Program-made: the position numbers and the translations under genes
Shown: one piece after another, positions 36,712 to 51,000 of the stretch
Layout: each line of letters opens with the position of its first letter
How positions within the stretch are numbered: the stretch's first letter is position 1
The notes under the pieces: model-generated
Databases searched by the model: none
What the model saw: the letters and a program-made list of their open reading frames with translations, nothing else
Told to the model about the DNA's origin: nothing
Assembly (NCBI RefSeq): GCF_001194135.2
Contig: NC_068993.1
Location: 62,030,352 to 62,094,351, forward strand
DNA length: 64,000 bases
Reading direction: 5' to 3'
DNA from: Octopus bimaculoides
Lineage: Eukaryota

Positions 36712-37557
36712 CTGTTTCTTGAAAATTTAAAAGTTGGATAGGCAGATATGGAGAGACTAAATGCATTTGGAATCAATTGACAGAGACTACAGTTATTGAT
36801 AGTAACTGAAAAGGTGAATGAATGTTGCCTAGGCTCAGTTCTGTGACCTGACTGAACAAACCTGTGATCAAAGGCATTCTAACCATGACCTTCTCGATTT
36901 TTATATCGATAATTACATTGTCCAATGTGTTCTTCCTTTCCTTTTAAGGTGGTAGGGTGTTATTTCTAGCTGGTTGAGTGATCATCACATACAAGCCCCC
37001 CCTAATTGGCTGCTATTTCTAGCACATCAGGTGACAGCATAGAGGTTCTTTCATTGGTTTGAAGCAAATGTTGAGCTGTGAGATTAAATAGCGGTTTACA
37101 TTTCTTTCGGAATGACACACTTCTCCCTGAGGGATCGACTTCTCCAGCATGGGGCCCAGGATGAAACATGAGTCTCTACTTCATCACACACACACACACT
37201 GAGACAATCAGATATGCATCTTTAGTTGAATGTTGCTGACTCAGTCTTTGCTCAGCCCATCAATCCTGTTGACTCTTCATACAATTCTCCAAACCATTTC
37301 ACATGCTCCATGACATGTGTGCTGCTTCTGCTGCTTCTGCTTCTTCTTCTTCTTCTTCCATTCATTTCTATTTATGTGCCGAGTCATTATTGTCAGGTTT
37401 CATTAAGGAAACTGTGTTGTTGTAGTTGTAATCATACAGGAAGGACCCTGGAGAAGGATTGTCTCAGATTTTATTTCAGTAAAATGGAATGTTAGTCCCA
37501 GTTGTCATGTGACAACGATGACGTTGCTACTATTATTTTATATTACAAGTATCAGAG

Positions 37558-37615
<58 letters not shown>

Positions 37616-40600
37616 TTTAAGGTTTTAGTGTCCCCTTTTACCAGGGCCTATGAGACCTTTGGCAGGTCCTTATAAGAATTTCTTGTTAGGATTTACAAGC
37701 AATAAATTACTTATAGTTCTTTAACATATAAGATGTTTTTACAATTTTTGTTTATAAGATTCCTAATGATATTTAATTAAAAAAATGTAATAGGTTTTTT
37801 TTTTTTAACATGGGTGCAGGTGTGGTTCTATGGTAAGAAACTTGCTTCCCACCCACATGGTTCTGGGTTCAGTCCCATTGCGTGGCACCTTGGGCAAGTG
37901 TCTTCTATTGTAGCCTCAGGTTGGTCAAAGCCTTGTGAGTGGATTTGGTAGATCGAAACTGAAAGAAGCCTGTTGTGTATATGTGTATATATATATATTT
38001 ATGTGTCTTTGTGTCTGTGTTTGTTCTCCCATCACCGCTTGGCAACTGATGTTGGTGTGTTTACATCCCTGTAACTTAGTAGTTCGGCAAAAGTGACTGA
38101 TAGAATAAGTACCAGGCTTACAAAGGATAAGTCCTGGGGTCAATTTCTTCGACTAAAAAGGCGGTGCTCCAGCATGGCTGCAGTCAAATGACTGAAACAA
38201 GTAAAAGAACAAGAGAATAGTAAGATAGATATCAACGGGCTCCATAGGCAATAAACTTTTGAGTATTACTGGTATAACAGTGTGATGTAGTGGTGTTATA
38301 GGCTCAGACTTCTTTGAAGAGGTCAGACATGCATTAATAATTAATTCTCATGACTAAGTTGTTCCCGTCTCAAATTTCCTTTTCTTAGTGTTAGACAGAC
38401 ATGATATTGCTACAGTATCAGATTTCTTGTCTAGTTTCTGGAAAACTTGGAATTTTCAGAAAGCCGAGAATATCTTGCAATACCATGCCATATACTGTAC
38501 CCTGTTTTGAGTAAATAGATTCTGTTTTTGAAGTTAATTTGCATATAGTGTGTTGAAAATAGCATTGTTTTTCCTTTTTTAAATGTATTAATTTTTATTA
38601 CTGAAATCTGTTAAATAAAATCATTTGTTTAATTTTCATTCTATAAACATTATAGAACAGAATGATTTATTGTAAAAATTTTAAGTGGATCAATAGATAC
38701 CAAACAGACCCACTTTAGAAGTGTATTAACGTGAAGCTATAAAATACAATTTAGTTCTTTACTTTTCATGACATTACTTTAAGTGTGTGTGTGTANNNNN
38801 NNNNNNNNNNNNNNNNNNNNNNNNNNNNNNNNNNNNNNNNNNNNNNNNNNNNNNNNNNNNNNNNNNNNNNNNNNNNNNNNNNNNNNNNNNNNNNNATATA
38901 TATATATATACACATGTATATATATATATATATATGTATATATATTTAGACTGTTTCAGGAAATTGAAAAATCCAGGAATCTTCTAGTCCCAAGCTTGTG
39001 GCTGTAATTGGTCCAGTACTGTACTTGACTGATGAGGTTTTAAACAAACAGGGCAATCACCCTTACAGAAAGAGCCTCTCCATTGACATTATTAAAGACG
39101 TGTTTCTTGACCATATCATCTCCTGCCTCAGTGCCATCATCGATTTGCTGTCCATTTTAGTCTGTGACTATTTCCTTTGGGATTGCATTAACCTTTTCCT
39201 TATGAAAATTCTGTTGAAATGCATTGCCTTTGTTTCAGCTAAATTTGATGGCAACACAAGAATTTATAAATTTTTGAAAGAACACAAAAAAGTTTCTTTT
39301 TTTTTTTGGAACTGGATCTTGAAGCACACCTAAAACCATTTATCTATTTATTGCTCAATCCCACTCCTGATTACCATCTTGTCCCTCATAGCCCTTCCTC
39401 CCTCCGTCCTCTGCCTCGCTACCACCTGTGCTGACCACACACTCCACTTCTCGCTCACCTCGTTTCTCTTATCTTGCCCCACACGTAAGACACTACATTG
39501 TGTGAAACAGTAAGAAGTAGCAGTTGGAGGATATTATTTTTAAGACTAAATAAACAGTTAATGCTGTATGTGTTATCTATTTAATTGTTTTTAGCACATG
39601 TGGTTCTCTACATTCAGACAATGGAAGTTGTTGATACCCTACATTTTGGTTGGCCACAAGGCTGGTTGCCTTGATGCTATGGATCAAGTGCAGTGCCTGC
39701 TGGAATTGGTGGCATCTGAACTTGTCTCATATGGATCCAGATTACCACATTCCCCAGCTGCGGACTTAGTGAACAGTCAATACGAGGAGTTGAAACGGAG
39801 TCTTTTATTTTCATTTTATTTGTTAATTTCTTTCGATATAGTTTTTCAAGCATGGCTACAAGCACTTCTACTAGTGTTTCTACAACTACTGCTGTTAGCA
39901 TTATATAATATGTTGTTCACGGCAACAATGTGATAAGACTCAAGCATTTGTAATGGGTAGAACAATGTATATGTGTGTAAAGTTGTGTATTTGTGATTAT
40001 ACACACGCACACACACACACACACACACACATTTGCACTTTGTGTGTGTGTGTATCCAAAGGTTGCATTTTTGTGTACTTTGCCCTACTAGAACACCCAT
40101 AACTTACTATTAATCTTGTGTGTGCTCGTTTCTATATGTATGTATTTGTGTGTGTTTGTTTTTTATGTGTGTGTGTGTGTGAGAGAGGGAGAGGGGAGAG
40201 AGAAAGAGAGAGAGAGAGAGAGAAGCAGGGTGGGAGACAGCTTGACAGACATAACATAAGTGAGAAGCATAATGGTTTATACCAGTTAGGCAGTGGTATC
40301 ATTATTAAAAAGTCTAGGAGGAAGTCTAGGTCTGAAATATTTACTGTTCTTCACATATTTAATCTCATTTCTGTTAAAAATTATAATTTTTTTTTTATAA
40401 TCATACAAATATGTTTTAATTAGAGAAACTTTTTTATGAGAAAGGAATTTTTGAAAAATCATTTTTTTTAGAGAGAAAAATTGAACCTTAATTAGCAGTG
40501 GGGCCTCAGAGTAGCAGACTGATAGAACTCTTTGAGCATTGGCTGTAATGTTTTATTGTATATAGTTATGGACCTTTATGTTCAAAACTTAAACCACTGA

Positions 40601-43600
40601 AGTTGATTTTATCTTTCTGGGTTTCATAAAATAAGTACCGGTCAAGTACTGATGGGTCAATATAATTGATTGTTCCTTCTCTCTGAAATTTTTGGTATTA
40701 CAACCCTATGTAAGAAAATATAAACAGGACAAAAGTAAGTAAATTCACCATGCGTAGATACACTGAACCAGTCATTGGCTACAGCTGGATCCCTATGAAC
40801 CAACTCCCTAAAGTAAGCAAAGTGGTTTTATATAATTTCTCTTACACTTATTAATGTCTTTCTTTCCTTTTTCCTTTTTCTCCGACTCTTGGACTTACAC
40901 ATCAAAGGCAACTGTTTTGATATTTCTACTAACTTTGTTTTCCTTTAACCCTTCAACCTTCAAATTATTCTGTCAAATGTTATTCTTATACATTCACATT
41001 GTTTTGAATTAATCATGCATTGTTTTGTACCTTCAAGATTTCAATGGTGTGTTCGTACATTTTGAGATCGGCATTGTAGGGGAGGTGTGAGAGGTCGGGT
41101 TTGGTTAGTTTTAACATAAAACAGGTAGAATGTTTGAGCCAGATATGGCCGGATTAAATGCAAAAGGTTTTAGGCACCAACCAGTCTTTTAATTGTAAGT
41201 TTAATTGTTCATGTATAAAATATAGAGATTTATGCAGGTATGATCATCATTATCATCATCATCGTTTAACGTCCGTTTTCCATGCTGGCATGGGTTGGAC
41301 GGTTTGACTGATGTCTGGAAAGCCAGCAAGCGTCCATGATGGTGCCATGTAAAAAGCACCCAGTACATTCTGTAAAGTGGTTGATGCTAGGAAGGACATT
41401 ATGCTGCAGAGACAATGCCAAAACATACAATCGGAGCCTTGTACAGCAGCTTGCCAGTCCCTATGAAATCTTCAACCCATGCCAGCATAGAAAACGGATG
41501 TTAAATGATGAGGATGACAACAATGTATGTATATAAAATATTGAGTGTATTGTTTTGGCAGGAGTGCCTTTGTGGTACTTCATTTTTATAATGGGTTATT
41601 GAAATTCAAGTAAAATTTCATAATTAATTAAAAGTCAACCCTGAAATGTGCATCTCTGTTACAATAATAAAAATAATGTGTTTGGAATAATAATAAATTC
41701 TTGCATAATTATCATGGTTCTTATTCAACAAATTGCCTGACAACTGACTATTTAATTTTTTTGGAGCAATGCCAAGTATATTGGTGTATGTGTGTGTGTG
41801 TAGATATATGTCTCTGGGTGTATGTGTATATATGTATTTTACCAACAGAAAGTAAATTTTGAAAGCTGTAAAGCTGTAAAAACAACAGAGAAAGATTTGG
41901 TATTTGTCCTTATAAGATGGGCAAATGTTGCCATACCTACTGGCAACTTTTTTCCATCTTCTAAGGGTAAATACCCAATATTTCCCTGATGTTCTTACAA
42001 CGTTACTAGTTTTGAAATTTACTCTCTTGTCTGTAAAATATCAATCGCAGTCGACGCTTCCAAAGTTTGCTTATAAAATGTTGTCATATATATCTATGTT
42101 TGAGTGTATATATATTTATGTATAGATACTTGTGTTTGTGTGTATTTATATATGTATGTGTGTGTTTATAGAGAAATATTTGTGTATGTGTAACATCCAT
42201 CCATCCATTCATTCATTCATCCATCCATCCATTCTCTCATCCATCCATCCATCTTCCACCTTGCCCATCATCCCTCTACCTTCTTATCTATTCTCCTTCC
42301 TGAGCCATTTCTGTCTCTCTCACCCGACCACTCTCTATACTGATATTTCCCATCAACCACACCTCTGCCCTTCTTAATCACCCTCTGTGTTCACCTCTAC
42401 CCCCCGTCTCTAGCCATTTGTTGCTCTTCTCTCTCCCTCCTCTCCTCTTTCCTTATTCTCTCTTACATTCACCTTCTTGTATCTTGAGGCTTTGCTCTCG
42501 CACTTCATCACGACCATCTTCTTTCCATCTACTCTCACCTACCTTTATATAATCTGGGGTGGTCCTGTATCATTAGTCCATCTATTGTTGTCAATGACCA
42601 AGGACATCACATGGGAGAAGATGACGGGGCATAGTGTGGCTGACTGTGTAGCCAATCATCAGCCCAAAAGGCTCTGCCACAGATGGGGCACTGGTAGTCT
42701 GTTAGGACTGAAGGCAAAGTATTGGCACTGGACTTGCGTAATTCATGTCTTCTTTGTGCCCCTGCAATTCTGTTCTGTTCAAAGGAGGTGGCACCTCTGT
42801 TGGTGCTGTTTCATTAGGCAAGGTGGTCTTGTGCTTGCATATCCCAGGTATCAGGGTTCATCTTGAAGCTTTTCAGTGAGGGTTTCAGTATGACCTTGAA
42901 CTGTTTTTTTCTATCCACCTTGTGTGTGGTTGCTTTTCGCCAGTTTGCTCTAAAAAAAAATCTCTTGTGGTGTCATGTGTCAGGCATGTATCACACCTGA
43001 AAAGACACCTGTGTTTGTCTCTGTCATATTTCCTCTATCTCGTGCACACACACACCTCTCAATCCGTGTTGCAAAGCCACCTTCCCCTCTCTCAGACGCC
43101 CCACTTCTCAACTGGGAAGATCCTTTCTTCTCTTCTCTTACAAGTTATTTGGTGACCTCTCTAGTACTGGTGATATGAAAAAAGAAAAAAAGCCCCCCAA
43201 AACACTCAGGACTCGCCATAAAGTGATGAAGGACATCCAGCCAAAGAAACCATTCCAAAGTAGACACTGGAGCTCAATGCAGACAGACCTGTGGTTTGCT
43301 GTATCCTGTCAAACTGACCAACCCATGCTAGCATTGAAAACAGGTGTTAAATGATGATGACGACGATGGTGGTGGTAAACGCGGAAACAACTGGAAATGT
43401 TATCTCTGCAGCTGTGCTACCACCAGATTAGTTCAAGCATAAAACACCACTGCTTTTGTTAATGTTGTTCCCCTTGCTATTTATGTCATTTCTCCTGTTT
43501 TTATCAGTAATAGTATTGTTGTTGTCGTTATTGTTTTTTTCCATTGACATCAGCGTTGTTAATGTTGTTAACAAGCATATTTGTTTTTTTTTAGATATGT

Positions 43601-46600
43601 TTCTTGTTAAATAGACTTGTCCCTTCTTGAGATAACCATACTCAAACCGACAATGTATGACACAGGGGTGGTGCACATGGAACATTTGAAGTGGGCCCAC
43701 TGTGTCTAGACTAGGGAATATGTGATGATTCAGTGCCTACAGGACCTGTGTTGTTTGTTTGGCACAGTGCTGCCATCTAATGTTATGTGGATAAGTGTTG
43801 AGAACATGCAAATGTGGCTGTGTGGTAAGAAGTTAACTTTCAGACTACATGGTTCTTGGTTCAGTTCCACTGCATAACACCTTGGGCAAGTGTCTTCGAC
43901 AATAGCTCCAGGCTAACCAAAGCCTTGTGAGTGGATTTGGTCAACAGAAACTGAAAGAAGCTTGTCATTTGGTGATAAGCTCTGCTGTCGGTGCCATGTA
44001 AAAAGCACCCAGTGCACTCAGTAATGTGGTTGGCATTAGGAAGGGCAGCCAGCTGTAGAAACCACACCAGAACAGATAATAGAGCCTGGTGTGGCCCCTG
44101 GCCTTGCTAGCACCTGTCAAATCATCCAACCTGTCAGTGTAGACAATGCATGTTAAATGATGATGATGATGGTGCATGTGTGTTTGCGTCTCCCTGACTT
44201 TGCACTGCATGGTAGTCGTAAATGAGCCTCACCATCATGCAGGCAGTGTCCTTTCTTTCTGATCTTCTGTAAAAACATGTCTGGTTGCGGGGAAATATCA
44301 CCTTACTTGGAAACAGGTAAGGGTTGATGACAGGAAGGGTCATCCCCTCTTAATTTTTTTTTTCTGCACAATGTATGTAGGATTGAAGAAGATTTGGTTG
44401 CTATTTCAAGTGACCTCTTATTGATTCTCTCGTAGTTTTCTACTTATGCTGTTGTTAATGTTGTTGTTTTTCTTTGTTCTAAGTCTGAATTAGTTTGGTT
44501 TATGGCAGTGTGATTTGTGAAACAAGAGGAAAGAAAGACGAAACCTTGTTAGATTTCAAACACGTCAAACAGATCAACTTTCTTTTCACTAACGTTTCAT
44601 TAATTTTCTTTTTTTTCCTTCTTGAATTGCAGTATGCCACCACCACCACCATCACCATCAACACCACCATTGCCACTACTATCACCATCACCACAGCCAC
44701 CACCGCCACTCTTACCACCACCACCACCACCACCATTGCCACCACCACCACCACCATCATTGCCACCACNNNNNNNNNNNNNNNNNNNNNNNNNNNNNNN
44801 NNNNNNNNNNNNNNNNNNNNNNNNNNNNNNNNNNNNNNNNNNNNNNNNNACCACCATTGCCACTACTATCACCATCACCACAGCCACCACCGCCACTCTT
44901 ACCACCACCACCACCACCACCATTGCCACCACCACCACCACCATCATTGCCACCACCACTATCACCACCACCACAACTATTACATCATAATCACCAGCAC
45001 TACAGTTAACATGCTCATTACCAAGGCAACTTCAAACATCACCCTTGACACCGCACCTTCACCATAACCACCAATACCATCTCCAGCAGAATCATTTCCA
45101 CCACCACCACCACTCCTACTACCACCACTTCCACTCCTACTACCACCACTTCCACCAACAACAGCAACAACGCCCACTCCATCCACACCACCACCAACAA
45201 CAACAACAGCCCCAACCCCATCACCACCATCTCCACCACCACTATCACCTTAACTAAAATAGCAACAAGCATGACCACCACTCCCCCCTCCACCACAGTA
45301 ATTGCCTCTACAAACACACACCTTCCCCACCTCCGCCAGTAATGAAGTGGTCAGTGATAACACTATGTATAAGTGAACAGGATATCTAGGTTCACATCCT
45401 GGTTATACTTTTAAACCCTATCCCCTTTCTGTCAATCTTACTTCTTTCTCCTCATGCTCATTCCCTCTATTTTACACTCTNNNNNNNNNNNNNNNNNNNN
45501 NNNNNNNNNNNNNNNNNNNNNNNNNNNNNNNNNNNNNNNNNNNNNNNNNNNNNNNNNNNNNNNNNNNNNNNNNNNNNNNNNNNNNNNNNNNNNNNNNNNN
45601 NNNNNNNNNNNNNNNNNNNNNNNNNNNNNNNNNNNNNNNNNNNNNNNNNNNNNNNNNNNNNNNNNNNNNNNNNNNNNNNNNNNNNNNNNNNNNNNNNNNN
45701 NNNNNNNNNNNNNNNNNNNNNNNNNNNNNNNNNNNNNNNNNNNNNNNNNNNNNNNNNNNNNNNNNNNNNNNNNNNNNNNNNNNNNNNNNTCTATCTCTCA
45801 CTCTTTCCTCCTCCTACTCCCCGTGCTTAAAATAGTCATGAGACAAATCAAAACAATCTCGAAACAATTTAAAAAAAAAAAAAAATTTTATTAATTAAAT
45901 AATGAGATTCAGATTGTGACACAAAGCCAGCAATTTTGAGGGAGGAAGTTGATTGCATTCAACCCCAGTGTCCAACTGGTACTCATTTTATCGACCCTGA
46001 AAGGATGAAAGGCAAAGTGGACCTTGGCGGAATTTGAACTCAAAACGTAAAGATGGGTGAACTACTGCTAAACATCTCGAGCAAGGGTGCTAAGGATTCT
46101 GTCGGCTTGCCTTTTTAATTATATAAGACCTTCAAACATACATGTGATGCTTTTATCTAATCATCATCATCATCATCATCGTTTAATGCTTGTTTTCCAT
46201 GCTGGCATGGGTTGGATGGTTGGACACGGACTTGGTCAGGCAGGAAGCTGTCCAGGCTCCAATTGTCTATTGTGACATGGTTTCTACAGCTGGATGCCCT
46301 TCCCAACACCAACCACTTTACAGTGTGTGCTGGGTTCTCTTAATGTGCCACTGGCATGGCTGCATTTCATGTGCCGCTGGCTTGGATGCATTCATGCAGC
46401 AGTGGCATGAGTGCAGTGTAAGTCCTCTGGCATGATTGCATTTTAAGTGGCTCTGGCACCGGTAAAGGGCAAGCTTGTATGTATGGATGACAGCGATTTT
46501 ACACATGAATTTAATTTCAAGAGGCCACACTTTTGCAACAAGTATCAAAACATCTTTCATGAGTTTATGTGAATTGTTTTGAAAATACATTTTTAGCCTA

Positions 46601-48053
46601 TGGACCCCTATAATACCGATTTTACTTGGATGGGCCTTCTTCATAACTCTTCAGCGTTTAAGAAAGAAATTCCATTATATTCTTATAAGTAAATATTAGC
46701 TGGTGTATAAAAAAAAAGAGTTAAAATATTTTGGGTATTGTAGAACTCTAACCAGTTTATTGAACATAAACTCTAACAGCAAAATCTTATGTGGACTCCA
46801 CCAAGGGTTATGTGGATCCTGGTTGAAAACCATTAATTCAAATTAAAACCTTCCATCAGAATTTTGTGCTAATTTATGTCCTGAGCACCAGGTTAACCCA
46901 TTCATTACTGCATTTATTTTGAAATGATCTGTGTTTCTTTCAATTACTTTAAATATAACAAAGAATTTAGTAAAATAACTTAGTTATCTTTCAGCTAGTG
47001 TTAGGAACATAAATTGTGACTAAGGTTTGGTGGAAGATTTTAATTCAAAACTTATGCAAACAAGACATTTGTATTACAGCACCAGAGCCAGTTTCAGCCA
47101 GGTTGGTAACGAGAGTGTTAATAATGACAAAGTTACTTAACTAAATTCTTTATTATTTTTTGAAATTAATGGAGCAAAAGCAGAGTATTTCAACTGATAT
47201 ATGGTTCCAAAACGGTTAATATTGAAAATAATTACGTTTCCAATTTTAAAATATAGTTCACTAATTATCTGTACACACTTGTTCATTGGCCATCTATAAA
47301 AAATAGTTAAATAATAATTATTCCATTTGCTTACTAACTATCTGTCTAAATTGATTGATTTATTATCTATCAAATTTAGTTAATTATGTATCCAAATGAG
47401 TTAACAATCTACAAACTGGCTCACTAATTAACCAACCTAATGAATCTTTTAACTTGTCTATTCAAACTGGTTAACAAGCTATACTATTTAGTTCACTAAC
47501 CATTTTCCCTGAACTATTTAACTGACAAGCCAACCCTATCCACTTATATAAGACCTAACCTACTAACTAGAACTCTAACCAGCCCTAACCACTCAGTTCT
47601 AACTCTAACCCTAACCCACTGAGTTTTCTTTAAGTAGTTCTTGTTCCATTTTAAATTCACCACTTTGCATTGGTTGCTAAGATTGCAGCAGGAAGGAGTA
47701 CAAGAGAGAACGAGGGACAGGGTAAAAGGAAGAGGAGAGAACTTGAGAACAAAGATTATGAGAGGGAAGAGGAGGGGAGGAAAAAAGAAAGAAAGAAAAG
47801 GAGGGAGTGAAAGGCAATAGTGAGGAGGATGTAGAGGAAAGAGTTAGTGTTTGTTTTGTGTGTGAATGTATTTGTTGTGTTGTAGTTGAAGTGAGTCTGT
47901 GTTTGGAATACATGTATATATACACTTCATTGGTCCATCATCATTTATTATCACCGAAGAAATGCTTGGAGATTTAATGTACCGACTCTTGGGATGGCTA
48001 CCTGACTATGTAAATAACTTGTTTATAACATATTTCATTTTATCTACTGCCTC

Positions 48054-48088
<35 letters not shown>

Positions 48089-51000
48089 GATATTTCCTAT
48101 TTATGTCTGTGTTAGGGGAGAAGTATTGTTTATGTCTCATTCTCTCTCTATTCTCTCTTTGTCTCTCTTACTTAATTTCTCTATCATTCAGTCTCTCTTA
48201 CTCAATCTCTCTCTCTCTCTCAATCTCTCTCTCTCTCTCTTTTTCTCTCTCTACTCTACTCAATCTCTCTTTCTCCCTCATTCAGTATGTGCCTACCTTA
48301 CTTAATCTTTCTTTCTCAGTCAATCTCTCTTATTCTTGGTCTCTCTCTCTCTTTTGCTGAGTTTCTCTCTCTCTTTTGCTGAGTTTCTCTCTCTATTTCA
48401 CTCAATCTCTCTTTGTCTCACACTCAGTCTGTCTCTGCCTTACTTAACCTCTCTTTCTCAGTCAATCTCTCTTATTCTCTGTCTCACTTGCTGTCTCTTT
48501 CTCTTTAACTGAGTCTCTCTCTCTCTGCTTCATTCAATCTCTCTTTCTCTCACACTCAGTCTCTCTTTCTCAGTCACTCTCTCTCATTCTCTGTCTCTCT
48601 GTCTCTGTCTCTCTCTCATTCTCTGTCTGTCTCTCTTTCTCTCTCCTTCGCTGAGTCTCTGTCTTTCCTTTGCTCTCTCTCTCTCTCTCTCTCTATTATA
48701 TTTCTGTGACATTCCAGAGGAAGTCAGACATATATTACTATTGTTCCCATTTGTCAAGGTTTTTTTTCTTGTTGTTTTTACAGAACCCAAAACTGACAGG
48801 CTCACATGTCAACACAACCGTAATCACAAACCAACAATTGATGTACACACATCGCATGCAAGTGCGCACATCAACATCCTTGTGCACATATCATATCACA
48901 AACACACAAACAGCAGCAATGTACCTCACCATATCGCGCACATGCACTTACATGTAACACTCGATGTATACATAACAACAACAACACACACACAAACATC
49001 ACACTTGTCAAATTGCATATGACACACCAACATTCATGTATGCACCGCATCACAAACTAACACCCACTGCACACACTATGACACAAACATGCATGCACAC
49101 CAACATCCACATATACACATCTACACCACATCGGATACACATACACACCTGACATGCATGCGTAGATTATGCATATATATACATCCAGGCACACGTCATA
49201 TTGTGCGCACATACACACAAACATCCATGAACATACTTTGTAACACATGTGTATACAACCATTAACCCTTTAGCATTTAAACTGGCCACATCTGGCCCAG
49301 ATATTCTGTTTTTTGCTCAAACCAGCCATATATGGCCTCTCACACCTATCTTACAATGATCTTCGAAATATAAGCAATGACAGCACTATAATCTTGAAGC
49401 TACCAGATAATGTATGATTAATTCTAAATATCATCATCATTGTTGTCGTTTAACATCCGCTTTCCATGCTGGCATGGGTTGGACGGTTTGATTGAGGGCT
49501 GGCAAGCCAGAAGGCTGCACCAGGCTCCAATCCGATCTGGCACAGTTTCTGCAGCTGGCTGCCCTTCCTAACGCCAACCACTCTGAGAGTGGTGAATAAA
49601 TGTGAATGAATAAGCATTACATTTGACCCAAGTCATTTGACTGCTGAAGGATTAAGGTTGATAATCCACATCACTGTTCTACCAGATAAGCTGGAGAGTT
49701 GCATCTCCTTCATGGGTTTTTGGCTTGGTTTCTATGACTGGACGTCCTCCCTAATGTCAGCTACTTTACTGAGAGCACTGCATGCATTTTATCATGGCAC
49801 CTGTACCAGTGAGGTTGCTGCATACTCTGCTAAAGTTTTCCTCATACTTTCATGTTGTTTCTCTGTTTGTTTAAGGTAACTTGACTAAGAGGGTGAATAG
49901 ACGAAGGGACAACAACAGAAGACGAACTTGGGGTTAAACGGTGAAAGAAGCGAGAGTTTGGCTAGAGTAATTGGGGTGAAAATGGTAGAAGGAAATATGG
50001 AAGAGGCAGTATTGATAGGGGGTGGGGTTATTGGAAAGAGGTAGTGATGGGAGCTATATGCTTAATGATTGAGAGAAAGTGAGAGAGAGAGAGAGAATGA
50101 TGGTCAGCCATAGGGATGAGAGAAATGGTTAAGAGAGTGATAGAGGTCGCTAGTGAGTGACCTGAATGAGAAGGAGTGATGGTTATCAATACAGAAGAGG
50201 GGAAGTTGAGTATATTGGATATATATATTTCTTTACTGCCCACAAGGGGCTAAACATAGAGGGGACAGACAAGGACAGACAAAGGGATTAAGTCGATTAC
50301 ATCGACCCCAGTGCGTAACTGGTACTTCATTTATCGACCCCGAAAGGATGAAAGGCAAAGCCGACCTCGGCGGAATTTGAACTCAGAACGTAACGGCAGA
50401 CGAAATACCGCTAAGCAGCTAACGTTTCTGCCAGCTCGCCGCCTATATTGGATATATATATGTGTACACACGCACACACACACAGATTCCTGGTGAAGAT
50501 TGGTATCACTCAACACAGACCAGTGTTTGGAGTGTGCTGAATGAGAACTAGACAGATTTAGAGACAAATGGTAGTCTGGGGAAGGAAGTGGTGGTGGTGG
50601 GGTGGGAGAGGAACTGACATGTCACCTTCTGCTAAACATAGGCTGAGAGGAATCCTAAGTGATATATGTATGTCAAGAAGGTGAAGGAGAGAGAGAGCGA
50701 GAGACCTGGCTCTGACAGGAGAGGACAGTTGAAAGTATTTTATGAGACAACCTGCTGAAAGCTGCAGACCAGTTCTGTGCCTGGAGTAAAGTTCCAACCC
50801 AGATGAAAGGTAACATGGTGGGGCGATAATATTGTAGATGGAACTACAAAAACTAAAAGACAGGCCTAGGAAGGTAGGTTTCAAAGCAAAGCACAATATC
50901 AGATCACTAAAAGAGATACAATACAAGCTTACTACGTATTCTGGCATACAAGATGACATCGTACAGTACAGGGTGTAAACATGTAGTGTATACATTCAAA

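Noticed and set aside
39618-39800. Exon-like segment with [13 protein letters not shown] (PHD-like) or TMEVV.. frames
   Set aside because: Stops in the PHD-like frame, no second Cys pair and no good donor; more likely decayed TE
44495-45317. Long poly-Thr/His/Pro/Val/Gly ORFs (mucin- or extensin-like)
   Set aside because: All six frames are open because of the (CAC)n repeat; it spans an assembly gap and lies within an MTMR2 intron
47550-47620. Degenerate CCCTAA/CTAACC telomere-like units (also TTTAGGG at about 53850)
   Set aside because: Too few and too degenerate to call an interstitial telomere
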